DNA of 64,000 nt from Malacoraja senta (Eukaryota): positions 102,176,001-102,240,000 of the forward strand of contig CM075978.1 of NCBI GenBank assembly GCA_038087875.1. The letters are read 5' to 3'. Made by a program: the position numbers and the translations under genes. The stretch's first letter is position 1. Every line of letters starts with the position of its first letter. The notes beneath the pieces are model-generated. The model did no database searches, was not told the origin of the DNA, and was given only the letters and a program-made list of their open reading frames with translations. Positions 24,725 to 36,585 of the stretch are shown piece by piece.

Positions 24725-26422
24725 TAGACAAAAGTGCTGGAGAAACTCAGCGGGTGCGGCAGCATCCATGGAGCGAAGGAAATAGGCAACGTTTCGGGCC
24801 AAAACCCTTCTTCAGACTGATGTAGGGTGGGAGGGGGGCGGGAAGAAGAAAGGAAGAGGAGGAGCCAGAGGGCTGAGGGAGAGCTGGGAAGGGAAGGAGA
24901 CAATAAGGGCTACCGGAAATTGGAGAAGTCAATGTTCATGCCGCTGGGGTGCAGACTGCCCAAGCGGAATATGAGGTGCTGCTCCTCCAGTTTCCGGTGG
25001 TGCTCACTATGGCCATGGAGGTGGCCCAGGACAAAAAAGTTGGATTTGGAATGGGAGGGGGAGTTGAAGTGCTGAGCCACTGGGAGATCAGATTGGTTAT
25101 TGCGGACCGAGCGGAGGTGTTCGGCGAACCAATGTAGACCAGCTGACATCTAGAGCAGCGGATGCAATAGATGAGGTTGGCGGAGGTGCAGGTGAACCTC
25201 TGTCGAACCTGGAACGACTGCTTGGGTCCTTGAATGGAATCGAGGGGGGAGGTAAATCGACAAGTGTAGCATCTCTTGCGGTTGCAAGGGAAAGTGCCCG
25301 GGGAGGAGGTGGTACGGGTGGGAAGGGAAGAATTGACCAGGGAGTTACGGAGGGAGCGGTCTTTGCGGAAAGCAGAGAGGGAGGGAGATGGGAAGATGTG
25401 GCGAGTGGTGGGGTCACGTTGGAGTTGGCGAAAATGACAGACTATTTGTTGTATGTGATGACTAGTAGGGTGGAAGGTGAGGACTAGGGGGACTCTGCCC
25501 TTGTTATGAGTGGGGTGATGGGGAGAGAGAGCAGTGTTGCGGAGTATGGAAGAGACCCTGGTGAGAGCCCCATCTATAGTAGGGGAGGGGAACCGCCGTT
25601 CCCTGAAGAATGAGGACATTTCTGATGCCCTGGTGTGGAACACCTCATCCTGGGAACAGATGCGGCGTAGACGGAGGAATTGGGAGTAGGGGATGGAGTC
25701 CTTACAGGAAGCAGGGTGCGAAGAAGTGTAGTTTAGATTGCCAAGGGAGTCAGTGGGTTTATAGTGGATGTCGGTCAGAAGTCTATCTGCGATGAAGATA
25801 GTGAGGTCAAGAAATGGTAGGGAAGTGTCGGAAATGGTCCAGGTGTATTTGAGTGCCGGATGGAAGTTAGTGGTGAAATGGATGAAGTCAGTGAGTTGTG
25901 TATGGGTGCAGGAGGTAGCACCAATGGAATCGTCGATGTAGCGGAGGTAGAGGTCGAGGATGGGGCCCTGGTACGTATTGAACAAGGATTGTTCGACGTA
26001 CCCTACAAAGAGGCAGGCATAGCTGGGGCCCATGCATGTGCCCATAGCTACGCCTTGTATTTGGAGGAAATGGGAGGAGTCAAACGAAAAGTTATTAAGG
26101 GTAAGGACCTAGGCGGAGGAGAGTATCTGTAGACGGGGATTGGTTGGTTCTCCGGTCGAGGAAGAAACGGAGGGCTTTGAGACTCTCCTGGTGGGGGATG
26201 GAGGTGTAGAGTGACTGGACATCCATGGTGAAGATGAGGGGATGGGGGCCTATAGAACGGAATTCCCGGAGATGACGGAGAGTGTCTGAGGTGTCTTGAC
26301 CATAGGTCGGGGGGGATTTAACCAGGGGGGATAGGATGGAGTCGAGGTGTGTGGAAATAAGTTTGGTAGGGCACAAACAGGCAGAGACAATAGGTCTACC
26401 AGGACAGTCAGGTTTGTGGATT
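24725..26422 (-). mobile_element. Penelope-like retroelement (RT plus GIY-YIG endonuclease), disrupted
   Basis: MDVQSLYTSIP, MGTCMGPSYA, YLRYIDD and NLIYCIRCSRCQLVYIG; terminal repeat with a hammerhead core. Confidence 0.92.
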
Positions 26423-26681
26423 TAATATTGCAACTTGCTCTGCTGCAATTTAATGGGGGCTTCTCTGAATAAGTCCCTAACTTGCAGCTGAACGAATCTG
26501 CAAATAATTTCAAGATATTTACTTATAGGCTCTCTTCTGAGCTTTAAGGGCCTCTCACGAGTCTGCGGTTATTGCCAGAGACCGCGGGCTCCGTCAAACG
26601 CACAATTCCGGGGCCGTGCGGCATTGTTCCCACGGTGCTAAAAAAAAACAACACTGTCCAAAAATATGTTCCTACCGGACA

Positions 26682-26942
26682 GCCGCCGCCAGTGAGGCAC
26701 GAGTGCGGCACGGTCACCGCCACAGCCGTCGCCAGTGAGGCACGAGCGCCGTGAGTCGAACCTGCACCGACACAGCCTCCGCCAGTGAGGCACATGTGCG
26801 GCACGGCCGCCGCCACCAGTGAGGTACGTGTGCGGCACGGCCGCCGCCACAGCCGCCGCCAGTGAGGTACGTGTGCGGCACGGCCGCCGCCACAGCCGCC
26901 GCCAGTGAGGCACGTGTGCGGCACGGCCGCCGCCACAGCCCC
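26682..26942 (+). repeat. GC-rich 43-bp minisatellite, about 6 copies
   Basis: AGTGAGG recurs at 26691, 26734, 26784, 26818, 26861 and 26904. Confidence 0.88.
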
Positions 26943-27935
26943 GCGATCCGAAAGACGTCATCAGCCAAAACCGCATGCTCGTTGAACCGGCCGTACTTGG
27001 CCCCCCGCGCAGCATCCGTGTGGTGCTCTTGTGGTTGCCGTGCGGTCACCTCTTCCGGCGACGCCGCGCTTCACCGCCAACGACCGCAAACCCGTGGGAC
27101 AGAGCCATTACCCTCCCATGGCTGTATTCAGCCAATGTAATCAAGTATCACTTACACCCCAGTTATTTCCTCTTCTCCCTGGTCCCAAAGATACAAAAGC
27201 TTCAAAGCACAAAAAACAGCTTCTTCCCTGATGTTATCAGACTATAGACTGGACTTCTCATCAGATAAGGATGAAGTTCTCCCTCTTGTAAACCATGCAC
27301 TTTTTCTGTAACGCTTTATTCTGCACTCTGTTTCCTTTCTCTTTGCCCTACCTGTTGTACTCATATACAGGGTTTTACTGTACTCATGTATGCTGTTCCT
27401 GGATTGCACGCAAACACATTTTTTACACTGTTTCTTGGTACATGTGACGATAATAAACCAATACCAATATCAATGTTACTGAATCCCTTGTCTCAAGTCC
27501 TGGCATTCACCGAGCTATTGACTCACCACTTATTACATCGTCCAACATCTATATTACTAAAAGTCTGATCTTGACCACTTCCTGTTGTGCTGTATATTGA
27601 TTTTAGAAAAAACGCTGCCACTTACGGCTGTGATTTTTGGCCATCTTACTCAGAGTCCCCCTCCGCTGTGCAGGACAAGAGGATTTTCCCCATCGATTAC
27701 AAATAAAAGAGTTATTAGTGTTTAAAAAATGTTGAGATTCTCTCTCCTGAAGGCCACACCCCTTCCAGAGGGACTATAAAACCCGGAAGTGTTGAGTGCC
27801 TCAGTCAGTCTCTGCAAGATGAGGGAAGCGAGAGGGTCACATCTCTCAGTCTGAGCTGTGAATAACACTGAACACATGTCTACTGAGTGTGGTTTTACTG
27901 ACCTTGAGTGCCCTTAATGTGGTTTGAAAATGAAA

Positions 27936-28082
27936 GTGGTTGGTTCGAAATAAAGCACAGCAAATGGTTGTTGGTGATGGTTGGTTCGAAATAAAGCACA
28001 GCAAATGGTTGTTGGTGGTGGTTGGTTCGAAATAAGGCACAGCAAATGGTTGTTGGTGGTGGTTGGTTTGAAATAAAACACA
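27936..28082 (+). repeat. 41-bp tandem repeat, about 3.5 copies, inside Helitron 3
   Basis: Unit ggttggttcgaaataaagcacagcaaatggttgttggtgat. Confidence 0.85.
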
Positions 28083-28486
28083 GGATTAAAAGTCTAAACT
28101 TGACAACTTCCTGTTTGCACTCTATATTGATTTTAGATAAAACACTACCACTTACGGCTGTGATTATTGGCCATCTTACTCAGTCCCCCTCCGCTTATCA
28201 GGTGCAGAGGATTCTTCCCATCAATGAAAAATAAAAGTGACATTAGTGTTTAAAAAATGTTGAGAATCTCTCTCCTGTCAATCACGCCATGAAGGCCACG
28301 CCCCTTCTGGTGGGAGGGGGGAGGGATTATAAAACCCAGAAGTGTGGGTGTGGCTCAGTCTCTGCAAGATGGGGAAGGGAGAGGTCACGACTCTGTCTGA
28401 GCTGTGAATCAACTGAACACACTGAATGCCCACTGAACTGTGAGTGTGGTGTTTATGTGGTGTTTTGTGTGGTTTTATGGTGATTT

Positions 28487-28935
28487 CACCCTGCTTGAAA
28501 TGGTATGAAACTGCATTTGAATGGGGTGGCCTTTCACCCTGCATGAAATGGTATGAAACTGCATTTGAATTTGGTGGCCTTGCACCCTGCATGAAATGGT
28601 ATGAAACTGCATTTGAATTTGGTAGCCCTGCACCCTGCATGAAGTGGTATGAAACTGCACTTGAATTCGGTGGCCTTGCACCCTGCTTGAAGTGGTCGGA
28701 AACTGCACTTGAATTCGGTGGCCTTGCACCCTGCTTGAAGTGGTAGGAAACTGCACTTGAATTCGGTGGCCTTGCACCCTGCTTGAAGTGGTAGGAAACT
28801 GCACCTGAATTTGGTGACCTTGCACCCTGCTTGAAGTGGTATGAAACTGCACTTGAATTTGATGGCCTTGCACCCTGCTTGAAGTGGTAAGAAACTGCAC
28901 TTGAATTTGGTGGCCTTGCACCCTGCTTGAAATGG
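28487..28935 (+). repeat. 48-bp minisatellite, about 9.3 copies, inside Helitron 3
   Basis: Unit caccctgcttgaagtggtaggaaactgcacttgaattcggtggccttg. It explains the 16-aa periodic ORFs. Confidence 0.92.
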
Positions 28936-31309
28936 AATTTCAAGGAATAGCCGTGAGTCATCTGCCAGCCCACCAGCCGTGAGTGAGCTGCCAGCACATC
29001 AGGCTTGAGTGACTGAGCTGCCACCCCAAGAATCCATCTGGCCCACAATGTGCATACTAGCCCTCTGGAAACCAGTACCTTCAGCCCACAACACCCATAC
29101 TAGCGCTCCAGAAAGCCTCCCCCCCCCACAGGCCACTAATATTGGAATTGGTGGAGAGGTGGAATATTGCGTTGGGGGACCAGCCCTCCCGTGTGAACAT
29201 GGGACCCCAACGGGTCCCACTTAGTCTAGTACCTCCTAGATCAAATTCACAATATGATCCCAAGTCTCTGATTACACATTCTCAATTCCCCCCTCCGTAT
29301 CACCAGCGTTCAATCACTCTTGGGTACATACATAAATAATATAGTAAGATTAGGATACATGGAGTGACACATCAAAGCACATCTGTCACTGTACTCCACA
29401 TTGAGTGCTGCAGGAGGAGCTCATTCTGTTGTGGTTTTGCAGCGCAATGCCTCTCCCTTTCTGCATTAGTCAACCCTGGAACAGGATGGAAGTCCCCGTT
29501 AACTTGAATTTAAATTAGATGGGGAAAGGTAAGTTTGGTTATTTAGAATTTAGATATTTACCTTATTTTCTTTTGTTATGTATTTCGTAGAGTGCATTGG
29601 TATTATTTTAATTAAATCAATATTATTATTTTTACTTCTTTATTGTTTAATTATTTTAACCAATTTTAATGGTTTTTAAATGCCCCTGAATATCAAAGAT
29701 GTTTTGGTGATTTGACAGGTTTTGTTAAAGATTGCACATTTAGCTTTGTCTCCAGTCAAGGGATGTTAGTGCATTCATTGGCTAACATTGCTGAATATGC
29801 CTGACTGAACAATTCCCTTTTGTGCAAGGTCAGTTTATTTACCCCTCTGCATTAGCAGGACTCATGTCTGCAGACAGGCGGGCAGACAAACAATGAGTGT
29901 TGTAAGGAATCAGTATGGACAGTGAGCAGTATTCATTTTCTCCTGTTTGCTAGTATTAGTTCCAGAAAATATTTTTCGGGAGCTTAATCAAGAGGAGCTT
30001 AAATATGAGAGCAACTGGCTAGAAATTAAAAACAAATTATAAAAGATTTTTCTTGGTAAACCAAAAGATTAGTGAGAGTAAATATAGGAGCTTTATCTGC
30101 AGAGATGTAAAATTGTAATGGGCAATAAATAACTGGCAGAGGCCTAATAAATAGTTTGCAGCATTCATCATATTTAAAGATACAATTTCAATTTCAGAGA
30201 TAATAGTAAACCAGGGTTCGAGATTTAGAAAATAAGGAATAAAAGATCTGCTTTGGTCGAAAAAGTGCTATAGAAATGAATAGTACTAAAAGCACATGAT
30301 CCTCTGGACCTTGAACCAGCAGAGGTTGCAACAGAGGCACTGAGTCTGAGCTTATAGAATTCTTCAGGTCATTTTCAGCTTTGTAAACTATGACTAGTAG
30401 GATATCAGAAGTTTATAGACCCAAAATTCTAGAATAACTCAGCAGGACAGGCAGCATCACTGGATAGAAGAAATGGGCGATGTTTCTGGTCGAGACCCTT
30501 CTTCAGACTGAGAGTCAGGGGAGAGGGAGTTACTGAGATATGCAAGTTAATAATTGCTGGAATCACTCAAGGATTAGTTCTGGGTCTCAGCTATATACAA
30601 TCTACCTACCAAATTGGATTTCATTTTTCATTTGTCACATTCTTACCATTGACTGGTCCATATAATTTCAGAACATTTTTATTTTTCTTCACAGTTTCCC
30701 ACCTCGCTTTGTAAAACTTGGTAATTATACTCAGCCATCTAGAACTTGTTCCAATCAATGCGATTTTGTGAAAATTCCCATTGTATTAGTGATGGTGCAT
30801 AATACTCTCCCATTAATGTGGTAGCCTGATGTTAAGAAAAAAAACATATAAATTAGATGTGATTTCAAATCTAACATTACATGTTTGGTTTGGGTAGTTT
30901 TTAAATTATTTTGTAGCTTAGTATATTATCTTTCTCTAATTAACTCTGTTGGATTGTATAATTCTTTTACATCGCATTTTGTTGTCAGTTGACCATTGTC
31001 TGATAGTATTATGCAATCCATGACTTCAGCTAATGATAATTGTCCCTCCAATGTTAACATGAACTAAAAAGGTTATTTTGCTTATGTTATAAGTAGCTTG
31101 TTGTTATTTCAAAGACATGGAGTTTGAGCAGCAACATTCCATTTGTATTATGATGGTATTGTCAATTTGTCAAAAGTCGAACTCCGACAGTAATTGATCT
31201 GACAAAGGCATGTATAGAAAAAAAATTATTCCGATCCCCAGAAAATTTATTAGAAAGGATAAATATTATGTTAGTATTCTTTGTATGTGTATGCATATAT
31301 ACAGTATAT

Positions 31310-31345
<36 letters not shown>

Positions 31346-31350
31346 CATGC

Positions 31351-31840
31351 GGCATTCAGAAAGTATTCTGACCCCTTCACTTTTTCCACATTTTGTTACA
31401 TTGTAGCATTATTCCAAAATGGATTAAATTCATTTTTTTAATCATCAATCTACACACAATACGCCATAATAAAAAAGCAAAAACGTAGAATTTTTTGCAA
31501 AGTAATTAAAAAGAAATAACTGAAATATCACATTTACATAAGTATTCAGACCCTTTACTCAGTACTTTGTTGAGGCACCTTTGGCAGCCATTACAGACAG
31601 AAGTCTTCTTGGGTATGACGCTAAAAGCTTGGCACGCCTGTGTTTGGGTAATTGCTCCCATTCTTCTCTGCAGATCCTCTCAAGCTCTGTCAGGTTGGAT
31701 GGGGAGCGTCGATGCACAGCTATTTTCAGGTCCCTCCAGAGATGTTCAATCGGGTTGAAGTCCGGGCTCTGGCTGGGCCACTCAAGGACATTCACAGACT
31801 TGTCACTGAGCCACTCCTGTGTTGTCTTGGCTGTGTGCTT
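31351..31840 (-). mobile_element. Tc1-family DNA transposon fragment (one terminal repeat plus transposase C-terminus)
   Basis: WPSQSPDFNPIEHLW..KGASTKY*. The direct repeat AAGTATTC(A/T)GACCC occurs near 31360 and 31540. Confidence 0.9.
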
Positions 31841-32029
31841 GTGTGCTTGTGTTTGTGTGTGTGTGTGTGTATATATATTCATACTGAATTTTTTTCTTTC
31901 TCATTTATCATATTGTTTACAGTGTACTATGTTTACATATTCTGTTGTGCTGCAACAAGTAAGAATTTCATTGTTCTATCTGGGACATGACAATAAAACA
32001 CTCTCTCTTGACTCTCTTTTCTTCAACAG

Positions 32030-32279
32030 AATCTCCTTTTCTCCTTCGTCCAAATGGCGGATTTTCCAGGACAGATCTCATGGTAGATCGGTTTAATCTG
32101 ACGTTATTTGATCTTGGCAGTGGAGAGAAAATCCGACCTGCTTGGAAGAATTATTACTCTGCAGTCCATGGCTTTATTTTCATTGTTGATTCTACGGATG
32201 TGAAGCGAATAGAGGAAGCTAGAAAGGTTCTATCAGAAGTAATGAAGCATGAAAAGATGTCTGGGAAACCTGTCCTCGT
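32030..32279 (+). CDS. ARL13A: ARL13A coding exon 3, switch I/II (ESPFLLRPNGGF...DLGSGEKIRPAWKNYY...GKPVLV)
   Basis: caacAG acceptor and GT|GTAAGT donor; 250 nt. Contains Arf-like motifs FDLG, W.NYY, GFIFIVDS and KPVLV. Confidence 0.93.
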
Positions 32280-34811
32280 GTAAGTCCTAAAATCTATTGG
32301 ATAAAGGACATGATGGATGATTAAAGAGAACCAAAGTATTTGGTAGCACTTTGCCTTATTTTGTGACTTGACTAGGTAAACAGAATGAACACGCAACAAC
32401 TAAACATAATTCATATTTGGCATCATTAAAATTTAAGTGGAGGCCAGATTTTCTGACCATTACATTTTTTGCCATCACTTCATCAGCTAATTCCTAACTT
32501 CATCACAATCCCTATCATATACTGCTTTGAAATTCCTAGAAGAAAACATTTCTTCTCGGATGTGATTGGGGTTTCTTGATGGTATGAAGAGAAGAGGTAA
32601 AAAGGTAGTTGCAGGATCTCTTGCAATTGAATGGGAAAGTGTTGTTAAAAAGGGAGTGGTTGGTGGGAAGGGAAGAATAAACCAGTGAATTGTGAAGGGA
32701 GCAGTTCAGTCAAAATGCTGAAAGAAGAAATGAGGGGAAGGTGTGATTGATAGCGAAGTGTTGTTGAAGCTGAGGATAATTGTGAAGGATGATCTATTGA
32801 GGCTGGTGAAAGGAAGCATAGTTGAAATAGCAGTGGGATTTATTATACGTCATCAAGTCTAATGTACTATATTCAGTGTTCATATTGTGGTGCCCATTTT
32901 ATTGGAAAAAGCAAACTCAAATTGGGTGACTGCTTTGTGCCAGCATTCAGTATAAAACAAGTATAAAACAGTATAAAACAAAACACCCATTTCACTAAAA
33001 GGCACAAAGTGCTGGAGTAACTCAGCGTGTCAGGCAGCATCTCTGGAGAGAAAAGGATAGGTAATGTTTTGCGTCGGAACCTTTCTTCAAACTGAAAGTA
33101 GTGGGTGGAGGGGTTGAAGAGCTGGAGGTGAGAAAAGACCAGGACTAATCAGGGATGATGACTAATTACCTCAGGCAGGATGAAGCCCTGGTAGGCCCAA
33201 TATTGGCTAGGGAAGGTGTGAACTCAAGAGGGGTACAATGTGGTGAACTGTGGAACTGGTTAAATGACTGGGGTGGAGGAATGGAGCAAAGTGGGAGGGG
33301 AGGGAGTGTTAGTAGAAGTTGTGTAAAATGAGAGAATTGAACATTCATTTTGCTGGGTAGTAGGCTACCCAAATAAAATATGAGGTGCCATTCCTGCAAT
33401 TTGCACGTGGCTTCACTCTGGCAATGGAGGAGGCCCAGGATACAAAGATCTGTCTGGGAATGGAAAGGGGGATTGAAATGGAGGCAATGGGGAGATCCCG
33501 TAGGCCTTGGCGGATGGGCATTTCACTGTTTGATGACCATCAACAATTTCAACCATTTCACTGTTTGATGTGGCAGCATATAAAGAGATGTACTCAATGT
33601 CTAATTCAGTTGTTCTCAAACTCTTTTGGCTGGCAGTCCCTGTTCAAAGAAATTGAAAATGCTATATAATATTCATAATTTAAAAGTGCTGCATCAAAAA
33701 AAGTTCTGTAAACATGCTCTTACAATGTTGGGGTTGAATATCACCTGATCACCTTAGAAGCTGTATCTTGCACTAAGTTTCCGAAACTTGGCCCTATGGA
33801 AGTCATAGGAAATGAATTTCAAATATGGGGTACGTATTGCTGCTCCTATCTTGCGAGTCTAGTAAAAGTGACTGAGCACAAACTTTCATTCCCATGCATT
33901 TACTCACAGATATTAGTGAGATGGACATGCCTGTGTTTGCAGTAGTCTATTCAATCTTATGTGGTATTCAACAACATTGTAATATGCCAGTAGCATTCAT
34001 ATTTAATACAATATTGATGTCAATTCAAAAAGTACTTTGTTGACTAAAATGCTTTGGGGCAATTTATTTTAAAAGTTCGATCCTTTTACTTCTTGAATGT
34101 ATCACACCTCTTAGCAGATCTCTATTTTAGTTAGATGAAATTCCCTTCATTCTCTTTCTTCGTGTCTAATGTTTTTATAGTGTAGGGAAAGGAAACTTTA
34201 TGTATCAAAGTATATTCACAATGTCTAGATATCAGTATAATATTAGTCAATAAATTACAGTGAAAGGCATGGATTGATCTATGGGATGGAGATATAGCTA
34301 TTACAGAAACATGGCTGAGGGAGCAACAGGACTGGTATCTCAATGTTCTCGGATATAAATGCTAGACGACAGAGCATTTTCACATAACAAGATATAAAGT
34401 GCTAGAGTAACAGCAGGTCATGCAACATTTCTGGAGAACGGATAGATGATGTTTTTGGCGGGGACTTTTCTTCAGACTCATTGCAGTGCGATTGAGGAGG
34501 GAAAAGAAGCTGGAAGTTAGGAGGGGTAGGACAAAGCCTGCCGAGTGATAGCTCGCCAAGCTTTGTCTTGTCTCTCCTCGTTCCAGTTTCCCCCCCCTCC
34601 CTCACCACAATCAGTCTGAATAAGGATCCCATCCCAAAATATTACCTATCCATTTTCTCCAGAGATGCTGCCTGAGCCGCTGAATTACTCCGGCACTTTG
34701 TGTTTTTTTATAACTAGCATCTGCAGTTCCTTGCATCGACACTCTATTAGTATTTTTTTCAAGTTGCTCATTTTCTTGCATTGAATGTTTTTCCTTTTAT
34801 ATTTTATTCAG

Positions 34812-34917
34812 ACTTGCAAACAAACAGGATAAAGCTGAGGCCCTACCAGAGTTTGGCATTATTGAACAGATGTCCCTGGGGAAACTGGCTAATGAAAATA
34901 AATCCTTCTGCCATCTT
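34812..34917 (+). CDS. ARL13A: ARL13A coding exon 4, G4 motif (LANKQDKAEALPEFGIIEQMSLGKLANENKSFCHL)
   Basis: attcAG acceptor and GTAAGT donor; 106 nt; NKQD guanine-specificity motif. Confidence 0.93.
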
Positions 34918-35641
34918 GTAAGTTTCATACAGTTATTGCATCATTGAGGAACTACTCACTTTTTTAAAATCATCTTTCACACTCCATTAGTACCCTCTCT
35001 AAAAGAATAATGCTGGATATATTTATCTGTGCCTCTCCAATTCAATAAATGAGGGGCAATGCGTCTATCAAGAGTACAAAGGACACTCATATTTAGGTCG
35101 CGGGCCAATGTTTTGACGTAGACCTGACAGAAAATAGGAATGCTGCTACTGACCTGCAAGGTTTAAGTGTTGGTACATTCTGGCTCCATTCAACTGCATT
35201 GAACGACCCATTTGTATGGGTTCCTGTGGCAGATCCTCTCACTTCTTTTTTTTCTTCGGGTACCCTGGTACTGAAATTCTAACTGATCCTGTTATGTGTA
35301 CATTACGAACCCCATTGCAAAGTACCTGAAAATGTAGATGATAGGAAGGATCTCCTCTGCTGCTGAAGCACACCATTCAATTGTTATTCTGCGGTTCACA
35401 GGTAACTGGATCAACAGGGCAGACAGGGACCTAGCTTCAATCAAGATATGCAGTCAAGGGATAAGAAGGGTAGGTGGGGCGAGAGGTTAACAAGCTTATA
35501 ATTGGCAGGACTCCTGTGAACATTCACAACAGAGATTTCAGCGAATTAGCGCATTTTCTGTTTGAAGCTAACTTTATCTGCATAGTGTGAAAATCCTGAA
35601 GGAAATTGGGACAGGAATATAGGGAACTGTAAATGACCTGT

Positions 35642-36585
35642 GGTACACAAAAATGCTGGAGAAACTCAGCGGGTGCAGCAGCATCTATGGAGCGAAGGAA
35701 ATAGGTAACGTTTCGGGCCGAAACCCTTCTTCAGACTGATAGGGGGTGGGGAGAAGAAAGGAAAAAAGGAAAAAGGCGGAGGAGGAGCCCAAGGGCTGGG
35801 GGAGGGGAGGAGACAACCAGATGGCTGATGAAGGGGAGGGGACAGCCAGGGCTAGCAGAATTGGGAGAATTCAACGTTCAGGCCACCAGGATGTAGACTG
35901 CCCAAGCGGAATATGAGGTGCATTTCCTCCAATTTACGGTGTTGCTCGCTGTGGCCATGGAGGAGACCCAGGACAGAGAGGTCAGATACGGAATGGGAGG
36001 GGGAGTTGAAGTGCTGAGCCACCGGGAGTTCAGGTTGGTTATTGCGGACCGACCGGAGGTGTTCGGCGAAACGATCGCCAAGCCTCCGCTTGGTCTCACC
36101 GATGTAGATCAGCTGGCATCTAGAGCAGCGAATGCAATAGATGAGGTTGGAGGAGATGCAGGTGAACCTCTGTCGCACCTGGAACGACTGCTTGGGTCCT
36201 TGAATGGAGTGGAGGGGGGAAGTGAAGGGACAAGTGTTGCATCTCTTGCGGTTGCAAGGGAAAGTACCAGGGGAGGGGGTGGTATGGGAGGGAAGGGAAG
36301 AATTGACAAGGGAGTTACGGAGGGAGCGGTCTTTGCGGAAGGCAGACATAGGGGGAGATGGGAAGATGTGGCGAGTGGTGGGGTCACGTTGGAGGTGGCG
36401 AAACTGGCGGAGGATCACTTGTTGTATGTGACGGCTGGTGGGGTGAAAGGTGAGGACTAGGGGGACTCTGCCTTTGTTGTGAGTGGGGGGATGGGGAGAG
36501 AGAGCAGTGTTGCGGGGTATGGCAGAGACCCTGGTGCGAGCCTCATCTATGGTGGAGGAGGGGAACCCCCGTTCCCTGAAGAATG
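35642..36585 (-). mobile_element. Penelope-like element 3' portion with an intact GIY-YIG domain
   Basis: NLIYCIRCSRCQLIYIGETKRRLGDRFAEHLRSV...GLN; terminal repeat at 35642-35740. Confidence 0.92.
35703..35737 (-). ncRNA. Minimal type-I hammerhead ribozyme motif in the Penelope terminal repeat
   Basis: AGU-CUGAAGA-A-GGGUUUCGGCCC-GAAAC-GUU-ACCU: the conserved core, stem II and a palindromic stem III. Confidence 0.6.

Larger units (their letters stand above)
27548..29229 (+). mobile_element. Non-autonomous Helitron-like element 3 (complete termini)
   Basis: A|TCTATATTACTAAAAGTCTGATCTTG ... hairpin TGGGACCC-CAAC-GGGTCCCA, then CTTAGTCTAG|T. The 5' module is duplicated near 28088. Confidence 0.85.

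Noticed and set aside
28487-28935. CRISPR-like array (also 6071-6212, 26682-26942 and 40655-41120)
   Set aside because: The units are contiguous with no unique spacers, there are no cas genes, and the context is vertebrate.
28278-29048. 256-aa ORF with 16-aa repeats as a novel repeat protein
   Set aside because: It is a by-product of a stop-free 48-bp minisatellite inside a Helitron; several frames are open.
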